DNA of 64,000 nucleotides from Candidatus Methanoperedenaceae archaeon (GCA_963753595.1 CAVWCX010000030.1:33985-97984), one strand, 5' to 3'; positions 1 to 10,535 are shown, counted from the stretch's first letter. Made by a program: numbers and translations. Notes: generated by a model not told the origin, from the letters alone.

Positions 1-386
1 AACGGCCCTGCAAACTCAGCCGCCGCAGCAATAATAGTTAATATCAACAATCCGATCCAGCCCCAGAAGATCAGGATATGCATGAACCATTCAAGTTTCC
101 TGCGCCTGTATGTCCTGCGCTGGAATGCCACATCCAGAATTAATATTTCAAGGGCATGTCCTAAACCTTTTTCAAATATTTTGCTAATTATAAATTTAAG
201 GGCGCCCCATGCACCATAAGCTTTTGTAGCGCCTTCGGGGATTCCGCGGCCCCATTTTTCTAATTGTATGTAAATTCCAACAATGAACAGGATGATAGAT
301 ATGATCGCTGCGATAACCATGATCCTGTAATCGATGAAAAGTGTATCGAATACCGTTTTACCAAATATTGTAAGGCCTTCTGCCAT
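1..386 (-). CDS. Partial membrane cytochrome b-like subunit (NarI/HdrE/DsrM-like), runs off the window start
   Basis: Not in ORF track. ATG at 386 preceded by GGAGGA on the minus strand. Reads MAEGLTIFGKTVFDTLFIDYRIMVIAAIISIILFIVG...LDVAFQRRTYRRRKLEWFMHILIFWGWIGLL; the W-x-x-H-x-x-I-F-W-G motif is typical of NarI/HdrE-like heme b proteins. Confidence 0.6.
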   Translation of the reverse strand, partial: MAEGLTIFGKTVFDTLFIDYRIMVIAAIISIILFIVGIYIQLEKWGRGIPEGATKAYGAWGALKFIISKIFEKGLGHALEILILDVAFQRRTYRRRKLEWFMHILIFWGWIGLLILTIIAAAAEFAGP

Positions 387-549
387 TTTATCCTCCTATT
401 ATAGCCTGACGGCTTTCTTTCCCCTAAGAATCTATGTAATATTAAGCTTTCTATATGAAGTCAGGATGTTGAATCCGATATTTTTCGGATTTAGACATTA
501 TGAGGTCATGACACATGTTTTATTATCTTACAAAATAAAGAAACTCATA

Positions 550-1767
550 ATGCTGGAACTCTTTAATTCTCTTACCAGAAAAAAAGAAACATTTGAACCT
601 TCAGGAGACATAGTCGGAATATACACATGCGGTCCCTCTGTTTATCAGTATGCACATATCGGGAATTTCAGGACTTTTGTGTTTGAAGATGTGCTTGTAA
701 GGTACCTGAAGTTTAAAGGTTATAAAGTAAAAAGAGTGATGAATCTTACTGACATTGAGGATAAAGCAATAACCACTGCAAAACATGACGGAAAACAGCT
801 TTCTGAATTGACAGAATATTATTCAAAGATTTTTTTTAAGGATATGGAAACCCTGGATCTATTGCCAGCAGATGTTTTTCCAAAAGCCACAGAACATGTG
901 CCTGAAATGATCGATCTTATAAAAAAGATAATGAAAAATGGTTACGCTTACCGCGGAGATGACGGTTCAATTTATTATGATGTCTCAAAATTCAAAGATT
1001 ATGGTAAACTCTCACACCTTAAGCTCAGGGCAGGAAAGAAAAAAATAAAACGGGACGATTGGGGCGAAGATACTTCAATTATCTCGGATTTCGCTGTCTG
1101 GAAGTCATATGAGAAAAAAGACGGGGATGTTTTCTGGGAAACTGAACTTGGAAAAGGCAGGCCTGGCTGGCATATCGAATGCTCTGCCATGGGTTCAAAG
1201 CATCTTGGCAAACGTTTTGATATTCATGTTGGAGGGATTGATAACATTTTCCCGCATCATGAGAACGTAATAGCCCAGAATTTCGGGGCATTCGGTATTA
1301 ATCCGTCCAGATACTGGCTTCATTGCAGGCACCTCATGGTTAATGGCAAAAAAATGTCAAAATCAGCAGGGAATTTCTATACACTTCATGATCTTATCGA
1401 TAAAGGATTCAAACCTATGGCGATAAAGTATCTGCTGCTTTCCATGAACTTCAGGCGAAGGCTGAATTTCACATTCGATGGACTCGGGGAAGCCACCGAA
1501 AAATTCGACAGGATCTGTGCTTCGATAAAACGCCTGAAGATACAAAATGGCAACGATGATATCCAGAAGATCGTAACCAAAACAAGAAAACAATTTGAAA
1601 ATGCGATGGATGATAACCTGAACACAGGAAAAGCTCTGAAAATTATGGAAGAATTCACAGATGAAATAAAAAATATTAATCCTGACAAAGCATCCACACA
1701 AAAAATCCTGGGATTGTACAGGATTTTTGATTCCATTTTCGGATTACAGCTATTTACATCCTTCTAA
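550..1767 (+). CDS. cysS: Cysteine--tRNA ligase (or CysRS paralog), C-terminally short
   Basis: [13 protein letters not shown] start at 550; [28 protein letters not shown] and KMSKS motifs, then a DDNLNT helical region; about 405 aa. Confidence 0.88.
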   Translation: MLELFNSLTRKKETFEPSGDIVGIYTCGPSVYQYAHIGNFRTFVFEDVLVRYLKFKGYKVKRVMNLTDIEDKAITTAKHDGKQLSELTEYYSKIFFKDMETLDLLPADVFPKATEHVPEMIDLIKKIMKNGYAYRGDDGSIYYDVSKFKDYGKLSHLKLRAGKKKIKRDDWGEDTSIISDFAVWKSYEKKDGDVFWETELGKGRPGWHIECSAMGSKHLGKRFDIHVGGIDNIFPHHENVIAQNFGAFGINPSRYWLHCRHLMVNGKKMSKSAGNFYTLHDLIDKGFKPMAIKYLLLSMNFRRRLNFTFDGLGEATEKFDRICASIKRLKIQNGNDDIQKIVTKTRKQFENAMDDNLNTGKALKIMEEFTDEIKNINPDKASTQKILGLYRIFDSIFGLQLFTSF

Positions 1768-2101
1768 TTTGCATCTCATGCTTCTTGGGCTGAAGCTGCA
1801 TAAGTAGCGACTTAAGTTTTGCATCATCAATCTTTCCCGCAAGCCTTCCGCTCTGGGCAAGTGACACAAGCTGTGCCTCAACATTTGCCACAAGCTCAGG
1901 CTTTGTCATCTTAAGAGTGTTCAATCTCTCTCTTGCTTCAGGCGTGAGGATCTGGCGCATGATAGCCTGCTTTTTAGCCTCATACTCAGCACGCGCCTGC
2001 TCCTGCTGTGCAGCCTGTGCCTGGCCTGAATACTGTTGCTGTTGTAATTGCTCAAGCCTTCTTCTTTTTATTTCTTCCAGATCCTCATCCATATTGATCA
2101 A
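1754..2101 (-). CDS. PDCD5-like double-stranded DNA-binding protein
   Basis: [26 protein letters not shown] and AQSGRL motifs; usual neighbour of rps19e. Confidence 0.9.
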   Translation of the reverse strand: MINMDEDLEEIKRRRLEQLQQQQYSGQAQAAQQEQARAEYEAKKQAIMRQILTPEARERLNTLKMTKPELVANVEAQLVSLAQSGRLAGKIDDAKLKSLLMQLQPKKHEMQIRRM

Positions 2102-2124
2102 TCTCCGTAATTACTACGGTCCGC

Positions 2125-2574
2125 CTAATATTTTGCAAGAGCCGGATTGGTTTTTACAAGTTCGGATTTGACTTCATTTGCTGAATTATCCATGAAAGCC
2201 TGGCCTGATGGTGAAATCATCCTGCCTGTCTTCTGGTTTTTCACAAATCCTGCCTTTTCAAGCTGCTGCAATGCTTCTCTTGCAATAGAGCCGCTTCCTT
2301 TGGCATGATGGATAGGTTTATTTCCATTCCGATGGCGTCCGCCATAGAAACTCCGAAGTCTTGAAACCCCGACCGGTCCGTCTATATAGACACGTCTTAA
2401 AATTGAAGCGCATCTTACATACCACCAGTCAGCATTATCCGGTGAAAGCTCTTTATAAGCGCCTGTTTTAACAAAACCTGCCCACTCGGGCGGTTTGGCT
2501 TTCTCGTTCGTTTTCAGTTTCTGCGCCACATTGTTTATGAGCATTTCTGCGGGCACATCATATATTGTTGTCAA
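2125..2574 (-). CDS. rps19e: 30S ribosomal protein S19e
   Basis: TTIYDVP, PEWAGFVKTG, WWYVRCASILR, GSGSIAREALQQLE. Confidence 0.97.
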   Translation of the reverse strand: MTTIYDVPAEMLINNVAQKLKTNEKAKPPEWAGFVKTGAYKELSPDNADWWYVRCASILRRVYIDGPVGVSRLRSFYGGRHRNGNKPIHHAKGSGSIAREALQQLEKAGFVKNQKTGRMISPSGQAFMDNSANEVKSELVKTNPALAKY

Positions 2575-2660
2575 GTTAGTCCTCCGTAAAATTATCTTTA
2601 TATGTAATCAAGATAGTCCCTTGAATGATTCAAGGGTCTTATTTAATTATCGTATAGTAT

Positions 2661-2915
2661 TTACCTTTTTCGGCAAAAAACCGCCGTATTACCCCTGACC
2701 TCAATAAGTTCTGAATTTGAAAGGTCAGCAAGTTTTTGGGCCAGTTCTTTTTTTCCAGTTTCAGCAAACGCAGATTTAAGAATTTTAACTTTTACCATAT
2801 TCCTGTTCTTCAACTGGATTTTTAACTCTTCAACCACAACGTCGATGCCTGATTTCCCCACATGTAACGTGGGTTCAATAGATGTGGCTTCTGCTTTTTT
2901 TTCCTGTTTGTTCAT
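2661..2915 (-). CDS. YhbY/CRM-domain RNA-binding protein
   Basis: PTLHVGKSG, VKVKIL, EVRGNTAVF; upstream of rps19e. Confidence 0.88.
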   Translation of the reverse strand: MNKQEKKAEATSIEPTLHVGKSGIDVVVEELKIQLKNRNMVKVKILKSAFAETGKKELAQKLADLSNSELIEVRGNTAVFCRKR

Positions 2916-3280
2916 GTTAATATCTCTTTTAACTTTTTCGCTGATTTGTCCAGTTCCAGAAGTATCAAACCCAACCCGATATTCGGGCTTGCAAGAAGAA
3001 TCAGTAAGGCCTTGGGTCCTGCTCCTATTACAATTAATTTTCCATGATCCGATTCAACAATAACCCTTGTCGGTACGCCCATTTCAACATGCGTTGTTGC
3101 AGTCTCAGCTGCTCCGAGCATCGTGGCAGACATCGCAGCCAGCGATTCTACATATTGTTCTTTTTGCATAATAGCCCGAATGAGCAATCCATCACGGCTT
3201 GCGGCGGCACATGCTATCACACCGCCTACATTTTTCAGATCTGTCAGCAGCTTATCTACCATTTCTATAGTATCGGACAA
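2912..3280 (-). CDS. Roadblock/LC7 (MglB-like) protein
   Basis: SRDGLLI, LAAMSATMLGAAE, VIVESDHGKLIVIGAG; TTG start immediately after the GTPase gene. Confidence 0.88.
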   Translation of the reverse strand: MSDTIEMVDKLLTDLKNVGGVIACAAASRDGLLIRAIMQKEQYVESLAAMSATMLGAAETATTHVEMGVPTRVIVESDHGKLIVIGAGPKALLILLASPNIGLGLILLELDKSAKKLKEILT

Positions 3281-4450
3281 TCAGTTCCCTCCCGTGATCC
3301 TATCTATTAATACTTCAAATGCTTCAAATACCCCGATCTTATCTTTTGCTACTGCACGAACGATAGGTACGTCCTCTGGTAGATGGAATTGTTCCCTTAT
3401 TTCTTCAGGAGTTAATGCTCCCGGCAAATCCTGTTTATTTGCGACCACAACATATGGAAGTCCATAGGACTTTGTAATGTCAAGCATATGCTTTGCCCGA
3501 ATAAAATCAGAAGGATTTGTTGAATCCACAATAAGAAAAACACCCATCGATTCACCGCTGAGCAATTTTATGATCGGATCAAACCGTTCCTGCCCCGGTG
3601 TCCCGAATATATCGGCGCTAAAACCCTTATAATTCACATGACCGTGGTCCATGGCAATAGTTGTACCGAGCCTGTCAACTGATATCGCCCGCGTTGACAG
3701 CGCATGGACAAATGTGCTCTTTCCGGCATCAAAAGGACCTGTGACAAGAATTTTAGGTATAAATATCTTTATCCCGCCCGGCCTTAAAACCCTGAAAAGC
3801 ATTGATTTCCTGGATGCCTCTGCCCAATCTGATTTCAATATTCCAAAATACTGGCCAAAGATAACACGTTCAGCTATTCCGCCGATAGAAATAATTGAAT
3901 TAAAAAGGTCTCCCTTGATCAAATTCAATGTTTCATCAGAATAAGGCCACGCCGTGAAATTATAAACGATGGTATGATCATACAACATCGCCATCTTATT
4001 CCATGCCCTGACCGCTTCAATTGTTTCTTTCTCCCCGCACAGGTCCATTATTGTTGAAAGAGAACCGAAAACAATAGTACTTGGCGGTAATTCTTTTATA
4101 ATATCCATTATTGTCTTGTCAAAATCTTCTATCTTATCAGGATTTGAAACAACATACTTTTCATTAGATTGAGCGCCTATTAAAGGATTATAGGAATCTA
4201 CAAAGAATAATTTATCTTTGAATGCACTAATATCCCAGCCAAACTCTTCAAATTGGCCTTTAACAATATCAGGTATAGTGCTTGATACCACAAAAACGCA
4301 TTTTCCTCCCGTCTTAAGCGTGCCATAAACGGTCTGCAAGCCAAAAATCTCACCTTCAACACCGGGCTGGCTATAATAAACAAGACTCTTACCTTTCGGG
4401 ATACCGCCCCCAAGAATTTCATCCAGCTTGGGGATACCTGTCTCTACCAT
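3281..4450 (-). CDS. Fusion of a degenerate KaiC/RAD55-like domain and an MglA-like small GTPase
   Basis: N-term TGIPKLDEILGGGIPKG with degenerate P-loop (SQPGVEGE); C-term GPFDAGKST, GTPGQERF, NKQD. Confidence 0.85.
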   Translation of the reverse strand: MVETGIPKLDEILGGGIPKGKSLVYYSQPGVEGEIFGLQTVYGTLKTGGKCVFVVSSTIPDIVKGQFEEFGWDISAFKDKLFFVDSYNPLIGAQSNEKYVVSNPDKIEDFDKTIMDIIKELPPSTIVFGSLSTIMDLCGEKETIEAVRAWNKMAMLYDHTIVYNFTAWPYSDETLNLIKGDLFNSIISIGGIAERVIFGQYFGILKSDWAEASRKSMLFRVLRPGGIKIFIPKILVTGPFDAGKSTFVHALSTRAISVDRLGTTIAMDHGHVNYKGFSADIFGTPGQERFDPIIKLLSGESMGVFLIVDSTNPSDFIRAKHMLDITKSYGLPYVVVANKQDLPGALTPEEIREQFHLPEDVPIVRAVAKDKIGVFEAFEVLIDRITGGN

Positions 4451-4451
4451 T

Positions 4452-5162
4452 TCAATTTCCCCTTATGATCTTTATATTATGACCATCGATCTCATATTCA
4501 AACCATGGGGTTGGTTTTTGAGATATTCCGACTACTCGTATGAAATTTTTATCCTCCGCAGATTTTATCTCGATCATGCCGTCAAACAATTGTTTTAAAG
4601 TTGCGATTGCCTGGTCGTCATGCATACCGCTCTCTATTACATAAATTCCCAGAGCACCCGCTGCTTTAATACGGCCGGTAAAAACATGAAGGAACCTGAA
4701 AACAGTCTGAATATTTGAGTACATTAATATTGTTGAGAGTGAATTTATATATAACTGGATCTTCTGGGTATTCTTTTTCATAAAGAATTCCTCAAAAAAC
4801 TGGCTGATCTTAACTCCGATACCTGTAAGATCAACAGGACTGCTTGCGATTTTGATATTCTCATTTTCAATCGAAGCGCCGCCAAGAGTTTTTGTAACAC
4901 AGTCTATTATCCCGATCCTTGACATTGGAAGATTCAAATTGTGTTCCTTGAACCATTCAAGAATATGGACTGCGGATTCACGTGTAGTGACTGTAATAAT
5001 TGCATTTTCATTTTGTACCACGCCATTATACATGATGTGGTTCAAGATGGCTTCCTTCCCACTCATAGGTGGTCCTATAAGCATTATATTCGAACCTTTT
5101 TTTATGCCTCCAATCGCATCATCCAGTTCCTTAATACCTAGTGTATAATCGCTCATTGTCAT
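4452..5162 (-). CDS. KaiC/RAD55-like RecA-superfamily ATPase
   Basis: GIKELDDAIGG, GPPMSGKE P-loop variant, IIDC, SLSTIL, FDGMIE. Confidence 0.8.
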   Translation of the reverse strand: MTMSDYTLGIKELDDAIGGIKKGSNIMLIGPPMSGKEAILNHIMYNGVVQNENAIITVTTRESAVHILEWFKEHNLNLPMSRIGIIDCVTKTLGGASIENENIKIASSPVDLTGIGVKISQFFEEFFMKKNTQKIQLYINSLSTILMYSNIQTVFRFLHVFTGRIKAAGALGIYVIESGMHDDQAIATLKQLFDGMIEIKSAEDKNFIRVVGISQKPTPWFEYEIDGHNIKIIRGN

Positions 5163-5260
5163 CGTGCTTATGATGCTATTAGGATTTTGATGTATATAAA
5201 TCCTAACAAGGGTTTTGAAAAAGTTATAATTATCATGCAGTCAATAACAATACTCAAGAT

Positions 5261-6610
5261 ATGGTAAATATAGTAATAATCGGACTGGGAAGTGGTGGCT
5301 TTGCAGCTTCTCTTTCTATTCGAAGGACTGACCCGGATGCTTTCATAACTATCATAGAGAAAAGATCTTATGATATGTTTTCTCCTTGCGGAATGCCTTA
5401 TGCAATAGAAGGTTTAGTGCGTCTGGAAGAACTCATGTTCTCGCTGCCGGAAGATAAGCAAATAACAAAGCTTCTTGAGCATGAAGCCGTGTCAATAAAT
5501 CCTGTTGAAAAAATTGTCAAAGTGAATAACCGAAAAACCAGGGAAACCCTATCTATTCCATATGATTCATTGATCATCGCATCGGGAGCACAACCGTTCA
5601 TCCCACCCATAAAAGGAGCAAAAGATAATCCTGGTAATGGCGTTTATGTGCTCCACGATATTGAAAGCGCGCGAATAATTTCAGGCAATGCAGGGGAGAC
5701 AAAAAAAATATCAGTCATAGGAGCAGGCCCTATAGGTCTTGAGATCGCAGTGGCTTTACGAACAAAGGGGCTTGAAGTTGTGGTGATCGAGATGCTTTCT
5801 TTTGCAATGCCCCGCGCACTTGACAGGGATATGGCAAAGCTTGTTGAACAATCGCTAAAGGAAAGCGGGATTAGATTACTATTTAACAAAAGCGTTGAGA
5901 GTATAAATGGTTCTCCGGTGAGATCAGTTTCAGTGGGCGGTGAAGCAATAGAAACTGATATGGTAATTCTTGCGTCAGGTGTAAGGGCCGACTTTGAGAT
6001 CACAAAAAATGCGGGGATAGAGCATGGGAAATGGGGCATTAAAACAAATGCAAAAATGGAGACGAATATCAAAGGAATTTATGCGGTAGGCGACTGCATT
6101 GAGACCGTAAGCCTCATCAATCACAGGCCAACGATGATGCAATTATCATCCGCAGCTTACAGGCAGGGAACGGTAGCCGGCACTAATGCCGCAGGTGGTT
6201 ATGATATTTATGAAGGGGCGCTTGGAACTTTTGTTACGGTCATTGGAGATCTTGAAGTTGCAGCTACCGGTTTCAATGAATTCTTTGCCGAAGCGGCAAG
6301 ATATAAGATAATATCAGGCAAAGCTCATGGAAAAAGTAAGCCCGAATATTATCCCGGCGCAAAAGATATTACTGTAAAACTCATCTGCGATGCAAAAACC
6401 GGAAAAGTGCTTGGCGGCCAGGCAGCAGGAGAGGGCGCCGGGGCAATTATAAATGTTATTTCACTTGGAATAAGATGCGGTATTGATGTTTTTTCCCTGG
6501 CCAGGACGGAAATGGCATATTGTCCCATGGTTGGTGAGAATTATAATGTCCTGAATAAGGCAGCGGATTTTACGGTGAGAAAGCTTGAGAAGGTACAAAA
6601 ACAGAAGTAA
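5261..6610 (+). CDS. NADH oxidase / CoA-disulfide reductase family flavoprotein
   Basis: GLGSGG FAD motif, single redox Cys in SPCGMPY, GAGPIGLE, TNIKGIYAVGD, AYCP. Confidence 0.88.
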   Translation: MVNIVIIGLGSGGFAASLSIRRTDPDAFITIIEKRSYDMFSPCGMPYAIEGLVRLEELMFSLPEDKQITKLLEHEAVSINPVEKIVKVNNRKTRETLSIPYDSLIIASGAQPFIPPIKGAKDNPGNGVYVLHDIESARIISGNAGETKKISVIGAGPIGLEIAVALRTKGLEVVVIEMLSFAMPRALDRDMAKLVEQSLKESGIRLLFNKSVESINGSPVRSVSVGGEAIETDMVILASGVRADFEITKNAGIEHGKWGIKTNAKMETNIKGIYAVGDCIETVSLINHRPTMMQLSSAAYRQGTVAGTNAAGGYDIYEGALGTFVTVIGDLEVAATGFNEFFAEAARYKIISGKAHGKSKPEYYPGAKDITVKLICDAKTGKVLGGQAAGEGAGAIINVISLGIRCGIDVFSLARTEMAYCPMVGENYNVLNKAADFTVRKLEKVQKQK

Positions 6611-6798
6611 AGACATCGAAATAGTGTCTCAAGGTCAGCATTCTTCTTTTCAAGTTCAGCAGTGCGCTCTCTAACGCGCTGTTCAAGTAAGGTGTTGAGT
6701 TTATACAGTTATTCTTGCACATGTTTGCGCTCTTCTATCTCCTTTATTAATTTTTCATTACTAACGGTCAATTCATAAGTGCGCTCCTTGATGCGCAT
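6611..6798 (-). pseudogene. Relic of a sensor-kinase signalling helix
   Basis: Minus strand reads MRIKERTYELTVSNEKLIKEIEERKHVQE*LYKLNTLLEQRVRERTAELEKKNADLE: ERT S-helix motifs with an in-frame TAA. Confidence 0.55.
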
Positions 6799-6878
6799 GC
6801 TAACAAAATAAAAATTATTGTGACTTTATATTTTTCTGTTATATTAACCTGTATCAACTTATCTCCCCTTCCTTAGTT

Positions 6879-9668
6879 CTAATTTGTCAATGATTTCAAT
6901 GTAGGTGTCCCCTCATCCAGGATAAGAATTGCCTTCAGTGTACCATCTTCCATTGATTCAATAGTAAATCCCATTTCCCGGAACAGTTTTATTGCCTTGT
7001 AATTATCCGGTAACATCACAGCATGGATCTTCTCCAGTTGTTTATCCTTGCATATTTCGATCATGAAATCCACCATTTTTGAACCAAGACCCTTGCCCTG
7101 CCATGGATCTGACACAATAAAGGATATCTCGCCTGCATTTTCAGTATGTTCGATATTAAGTCTCACAACCCCGAGCATTTTTCTCTTGCCTTCTTCTTCA
7201 ATCTCTGCCACAATAGCAAGTTCCCTGTCATAGTCGATATTACAGTACATGGAACTGTACTCGTGTGCTACTGGCTCTATTATAGTTTGAAACACCCTGA
7301 AATGTATGGACTCCTGGGAAAAAGTGTGGAACATCTCAAGCCATAATGGTTCATCTTCAGGTTTAATTGGTCTCAGTATTACAGTTCGACCATCCCGGAG
7401 CTTCCATAAAGATTTATATTTTTCCGGATAAGGGCTAATTACCAGATGCGAATGAGGTTTTGCATTGAGCAGTTCTTTATCGATCACTCCGCGTGCATCA
7501 AGAGCAAAAACCTCATTTTCATTAATAAAGAGCGGATTAATATCAAATTCTTTCAATTGCGGGAAATCCACAAGCATCTGGGAAAAACGAACAATAATTT
7601 CTTCCAGGAGTTTGATATTCGCAGGAGGAAGATTTCTGTAGCCCTGGAGAAGCCGATATACTTTTGTTTCTTCCACCATTCTTCTTGCAAGCGTCTGATT
7701 AAGCGGCAAAAGCCCGATAGCGACATCTTTGTATATCTCCACATCAATCCCTCCCCTTCCGAACATAATTACAGGACCGAATAGTGAATCAGTTTTTGCG
7801 CCAAGAATTAATTCAATGCCCTTTTTCTTGATCATCTGCTGGACAGTTATCCCCTGGATATGCGCATCCGGTTCGTGTTCTTTTACACTTTTCATTATAT
7901 CATCATAAGCCGACCGGAGTTCAGGTTCGGAATTAATGTCAAGTTTAACACCCCCTACATCCGTTTTATGAGATATTTGCTCTGACAGGATCTTAAGGGC
8001 TACAGGATAACCTGTTTGAATCGCACAAGTTACAGCTTCATCCACCGTTTTTGCCAATCTTGTTTTAACAACAGGGATATTATAATAATCAAGGAAACGT
8101 TTTGATTCGGTTTCTGTCAAAGTATATCGGTCTTCTTTGACAGCATTTTTGATAATAGAGATCAAGGGTTGTTTTGGCGGGGCGCTATCCACAGGTAACT
8201 CTACAGGGGTTTCATAAAGTAACTCAAGGCTGCGCTTATATTGATACATATACATATATGTCGCAATTGCCTGTTCCGGAGTGGAATAAGTCGGTACACC
8301 ATTATCTGTCAAAATATGATTTGCTTTTTCCACGTCATCATAACCCATAAAAGAAGTAAAATATGGTTTTGAGAACTTTTTCTTTTTGTAAATATCCACA
8401 ATTTTTTCGGCTATTTCGGCTGGATCCGAACTTCCCTGGGGGGTATAGATAATAACCACGCCATCAACTTTATCATCGTTGAAGCATGCTTCTGCCGCAG
8501 CTTCATACCTCTTTGCATTTGCATCCCCAAGCAGGTCAATGGGATTGCTCTTGCTCCAGTGAGGCGGAAGGATGCCATTTAGCTTCTCGATCGTTTCGCT
8601 GCTTAATTGGGCAAGTTCCCCGCCAAGGGCTATGATCGAATCTGAAGCCATTACACCAGGACCACCTGCATTAGTAATTATGGCAATGTTTGCCCCCTTG
8701 GGAAGCGGCTGCTTTCCTATAGCTTCGGCACAGTTGAACAGGTCCTCAATATCCTTTACCCGCACAATTCCCGCCCGCTTAAACGCAGCATCATATACCA
8801 TATCTTCGCCGGTTATAGCGCCGGTATGTGAAGCGGCTGCCTTTGCGCTCTGTGCTGTTCTTCCCGATTTCACAACAATTATTGGTTTTGTTTTTGAGAA
8901 GTGCCGTGCTGCGCTCATGAATTTCCTTGCTTCTGTGATCCCTTCGATGTACATTAAAATGCTTCGTGTTTTGGGATCAGTGCCAAAATAGTCGATCAGA
9001 TCCCCGAAATTCACATCGATCATTGAACCTACTGAAACAAAATTGCTAAAATTTATATTCTCATGAACAGCCAGGTCAAGAATTGCTGACCCCAGAGCTC
9101 CGCTCTGGGACAGGAATGCAATACTTCCGGGTTTTTGCTTTTTTGAAATAAAAGTCGCATTAAGATATATGTCAGGGTGTATTATTCCCAGGCAATTCGG
9201 ACCTATTATCCTCATATCATACTTCCTTTTTATTTCAAGTATCTTTTCTTCCAGAAGTTTTCCGGATGCCCCCACTTCTTTGAATCCGGCTGAGATGATG
9301 ATCAATCCCTTAATTCCGGTATTTCCGCATTCCTCTACTATATCGGGAACGGTTGCTGCGGGAGTGGCAATGATAGCAAGGTCAACGACCTGGGGAAGTT
9401 GTGATATTGAAGTATATGCTTTTTTTCCAAGGATTTCGGGTTTGTGAATGTTAACGGGATAAACGATTCCCTTATACCCCATTTCCGTGAGGTTTTTCAT
9501 TAAAATGAATCCTACAGAGCCTTCTTCATCACTTGCTCCTATTAGCGCAATGGTTTTTGGATTGAAAATACTATCAAGATTTGATGATGCCAAGATATTC
9601 CCCCAGTTAAATGCATTATAGTAATCTGGAAAAATAAATCTTTGCTTTTTTGGACAGAATTTATTCAC
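6879..9668 (-). CDS. ADP-forming acyl-CoA synthetase alpha/beta fused to GNAT (Pat/PatZ-type acetyltransferase architecture); true start probably about 9593
   Basis: IALIGAS, IIGPNCLG, SQSGA, ASHTGA, NAGGPG, NPIDL, ATP-grasp HKTDVGGV and DINPL, C-terminal GNAT with WQGKGLG. Confidence 0.9.
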   Translation of the reverse strand: MNKFCPKKQRFIFPDYYNAFNWGNILASSNLDSIFNPKTIALIGASDEEGSVGFILMKNLTEMGYKGIVYPVNIHKPEILGKKAYTSISQLPQVVDLAIIATPAATVPDIVEECGNTGIKGLIIISAGFKEVGASGKLLEEKILEIKRKYDMRIIGPNCLGIIHPDIYLNATFISKKQKPGSIAFLSQSGALGSAILDLAVHENINFSNFVSVGSMIDVNFGDLIDYFGTDPKTRSILMYIEGITEARKFMSAARHFSKTKPIIVVKSGRTAQSAKAAASHTGAITGEDMVYDAAFKRAGIVRVKDIEDLFNCAEAIGKQPLPKGANIAIITNAGGPGVMASDSIIALGGELAQLSSETIEKLNGILPPHWSKSNPIDLLGDANAKRYEAAAEACFNDDKVDGVVIIYTPQGSSDPAEIAEKIVDIYKKKKFSKPYFTSFMGYDDVEKANHILTDNGVPTYSTPEQAIATYMYMYQYKRSLELLYETPVELPVDSAPPKQPLISIIKNAVKEDRYTLTETESKRFLDYYNIPVVKTRLAKTVDEAVTCAIQTGYPVALKILSEQISHKTDVGGVKLDINSEPELRSAYDDIMKSVKEHEPDAHIQGITVQQMIKKKGIELILGAKTDSLFGPVIMFGRGGIDVEIYKDVAIGLLPLNQTLARRMVEETKVYRLLQGYRNLPPANIKLLEEIIVRFSQMLVDFPQLKEFDINPLFINENEVFALDARGVIDKELLNAKPHSHLVISPYPEKYKSLWKLRDGRTVILRPIKPEDEPLWLEMFHTFSQESIHFRVFQTIIEPVAHEYSSMYCNIDYDRELAIVAEIEEEGKRKMLGVVRLNIEHTENAGEISFIVSDPWQGKGLGSKMVDFMIEICKDKQLEKIHAVMLPDNYKAIKLFREMGFTIESMEDGTLKAILILDEGTPTLKSLTN

Positions 9669-9764
9669 CGCATTTAGTATTGAATAAAAAAAACCTCATA
9701 ATTATAAGTATAAGACGAATAAGTATTTATATAGTGAAAGAATATTATATCAAGGTTGAATTTC

Positions 9765-10535
9765 ATGGTTGATAAGAAAAAAATTAAGACAGAAAAAGGT
9801 GATTCAAAGCGCGTTCCTACCGGGATAGAAGGTTTTGATGAATTGTGCGGCGGTGGCTTACTAAGAAACAGGTCATATCTATTATCAGGAGCAGCAGGTT
9901 GTGGAAAGACCATATTTGGGCTCCAGTATCTCTATAATGGCATAACAAAATATGGAGAAAATGGTATTTATATAGCGACAGAGGAGAGACCTGACCAGGT
10001 CAGGGAAAATGTCCTGAAATTCGGATGGGATTTTGAGGCCCTTGAGGATGAAGGAAAACTTGCGATAATTGATGCATGTTCAACCAAGATAGGCATTCCA
10101 TCCCATGAAAAATACGTTGATGTGAGACCTTTTGATCTTCGCTCAATGATGGACCAGATAATTGCCATACAGGATACGATCGACGCCAAGAGGGCGCTCG
10201 TTGATGGAACGACATCTATCGGTTTTTACCTGCAGGACCCTTCAAAAATCAGGGTTGAGCTTCTAAAATTGAGCACAACTCTTGAAGTACTGGGATTGAC
10301 ATCGCTTATGACCTGTGAAATTATAGATGAAACTTCAACAAGCAGGTTTGGAGTTGAAACGTTCGTAACTGAAGGTACAATAGTAATGTATAACAAACGG
10401 GTCAATGATGTCAGGGTTCGAAGTGTCGAGGTTTTCAAGATGAGAGGATCAGACCATAGTAAAGGCATCCACCCATATGAAATTACACCAACTGGAATAG
10501 TTGTGCATCCTGGAGAAGGAGTTTATACTTCTTAA
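9765..10535 (+). CDS. Single-domain KaiC-like ATPase
   Basis: PTGIEGFDELCGGG, GAAGCGKT Walker A, TEE, KMRGSDH. Confidence 0.9.
   Translation: MVDKKKIKTEKGDSKRVPTGIEGFDELCGGGLLRNRSYLLSGAAGCGKTIFGLQYLYNGITKYGENGIYIATEERPDQVRENVLKFGWDFEALEDEGKLAIIDACSTKIGIPSHEKYVDVRPFDLRSMMDQIIAIQDTIDAKRALVDGTTSIGFYLQDPSKIRVELLKLSTTLEVLGLTSLMTCEIIDETSTSRFGVETFVTEGTIVMYNKRVNDVRVRSVEVFKMRGSDHSKGIHPYEITPTGIVVHPGEGVYTS

Noticed and set aside
334-549. N-terminal extension of the CysRS ORF
   Set aside because: Overlaps the divergent gene and its promoter; homology starts at ATG 550.
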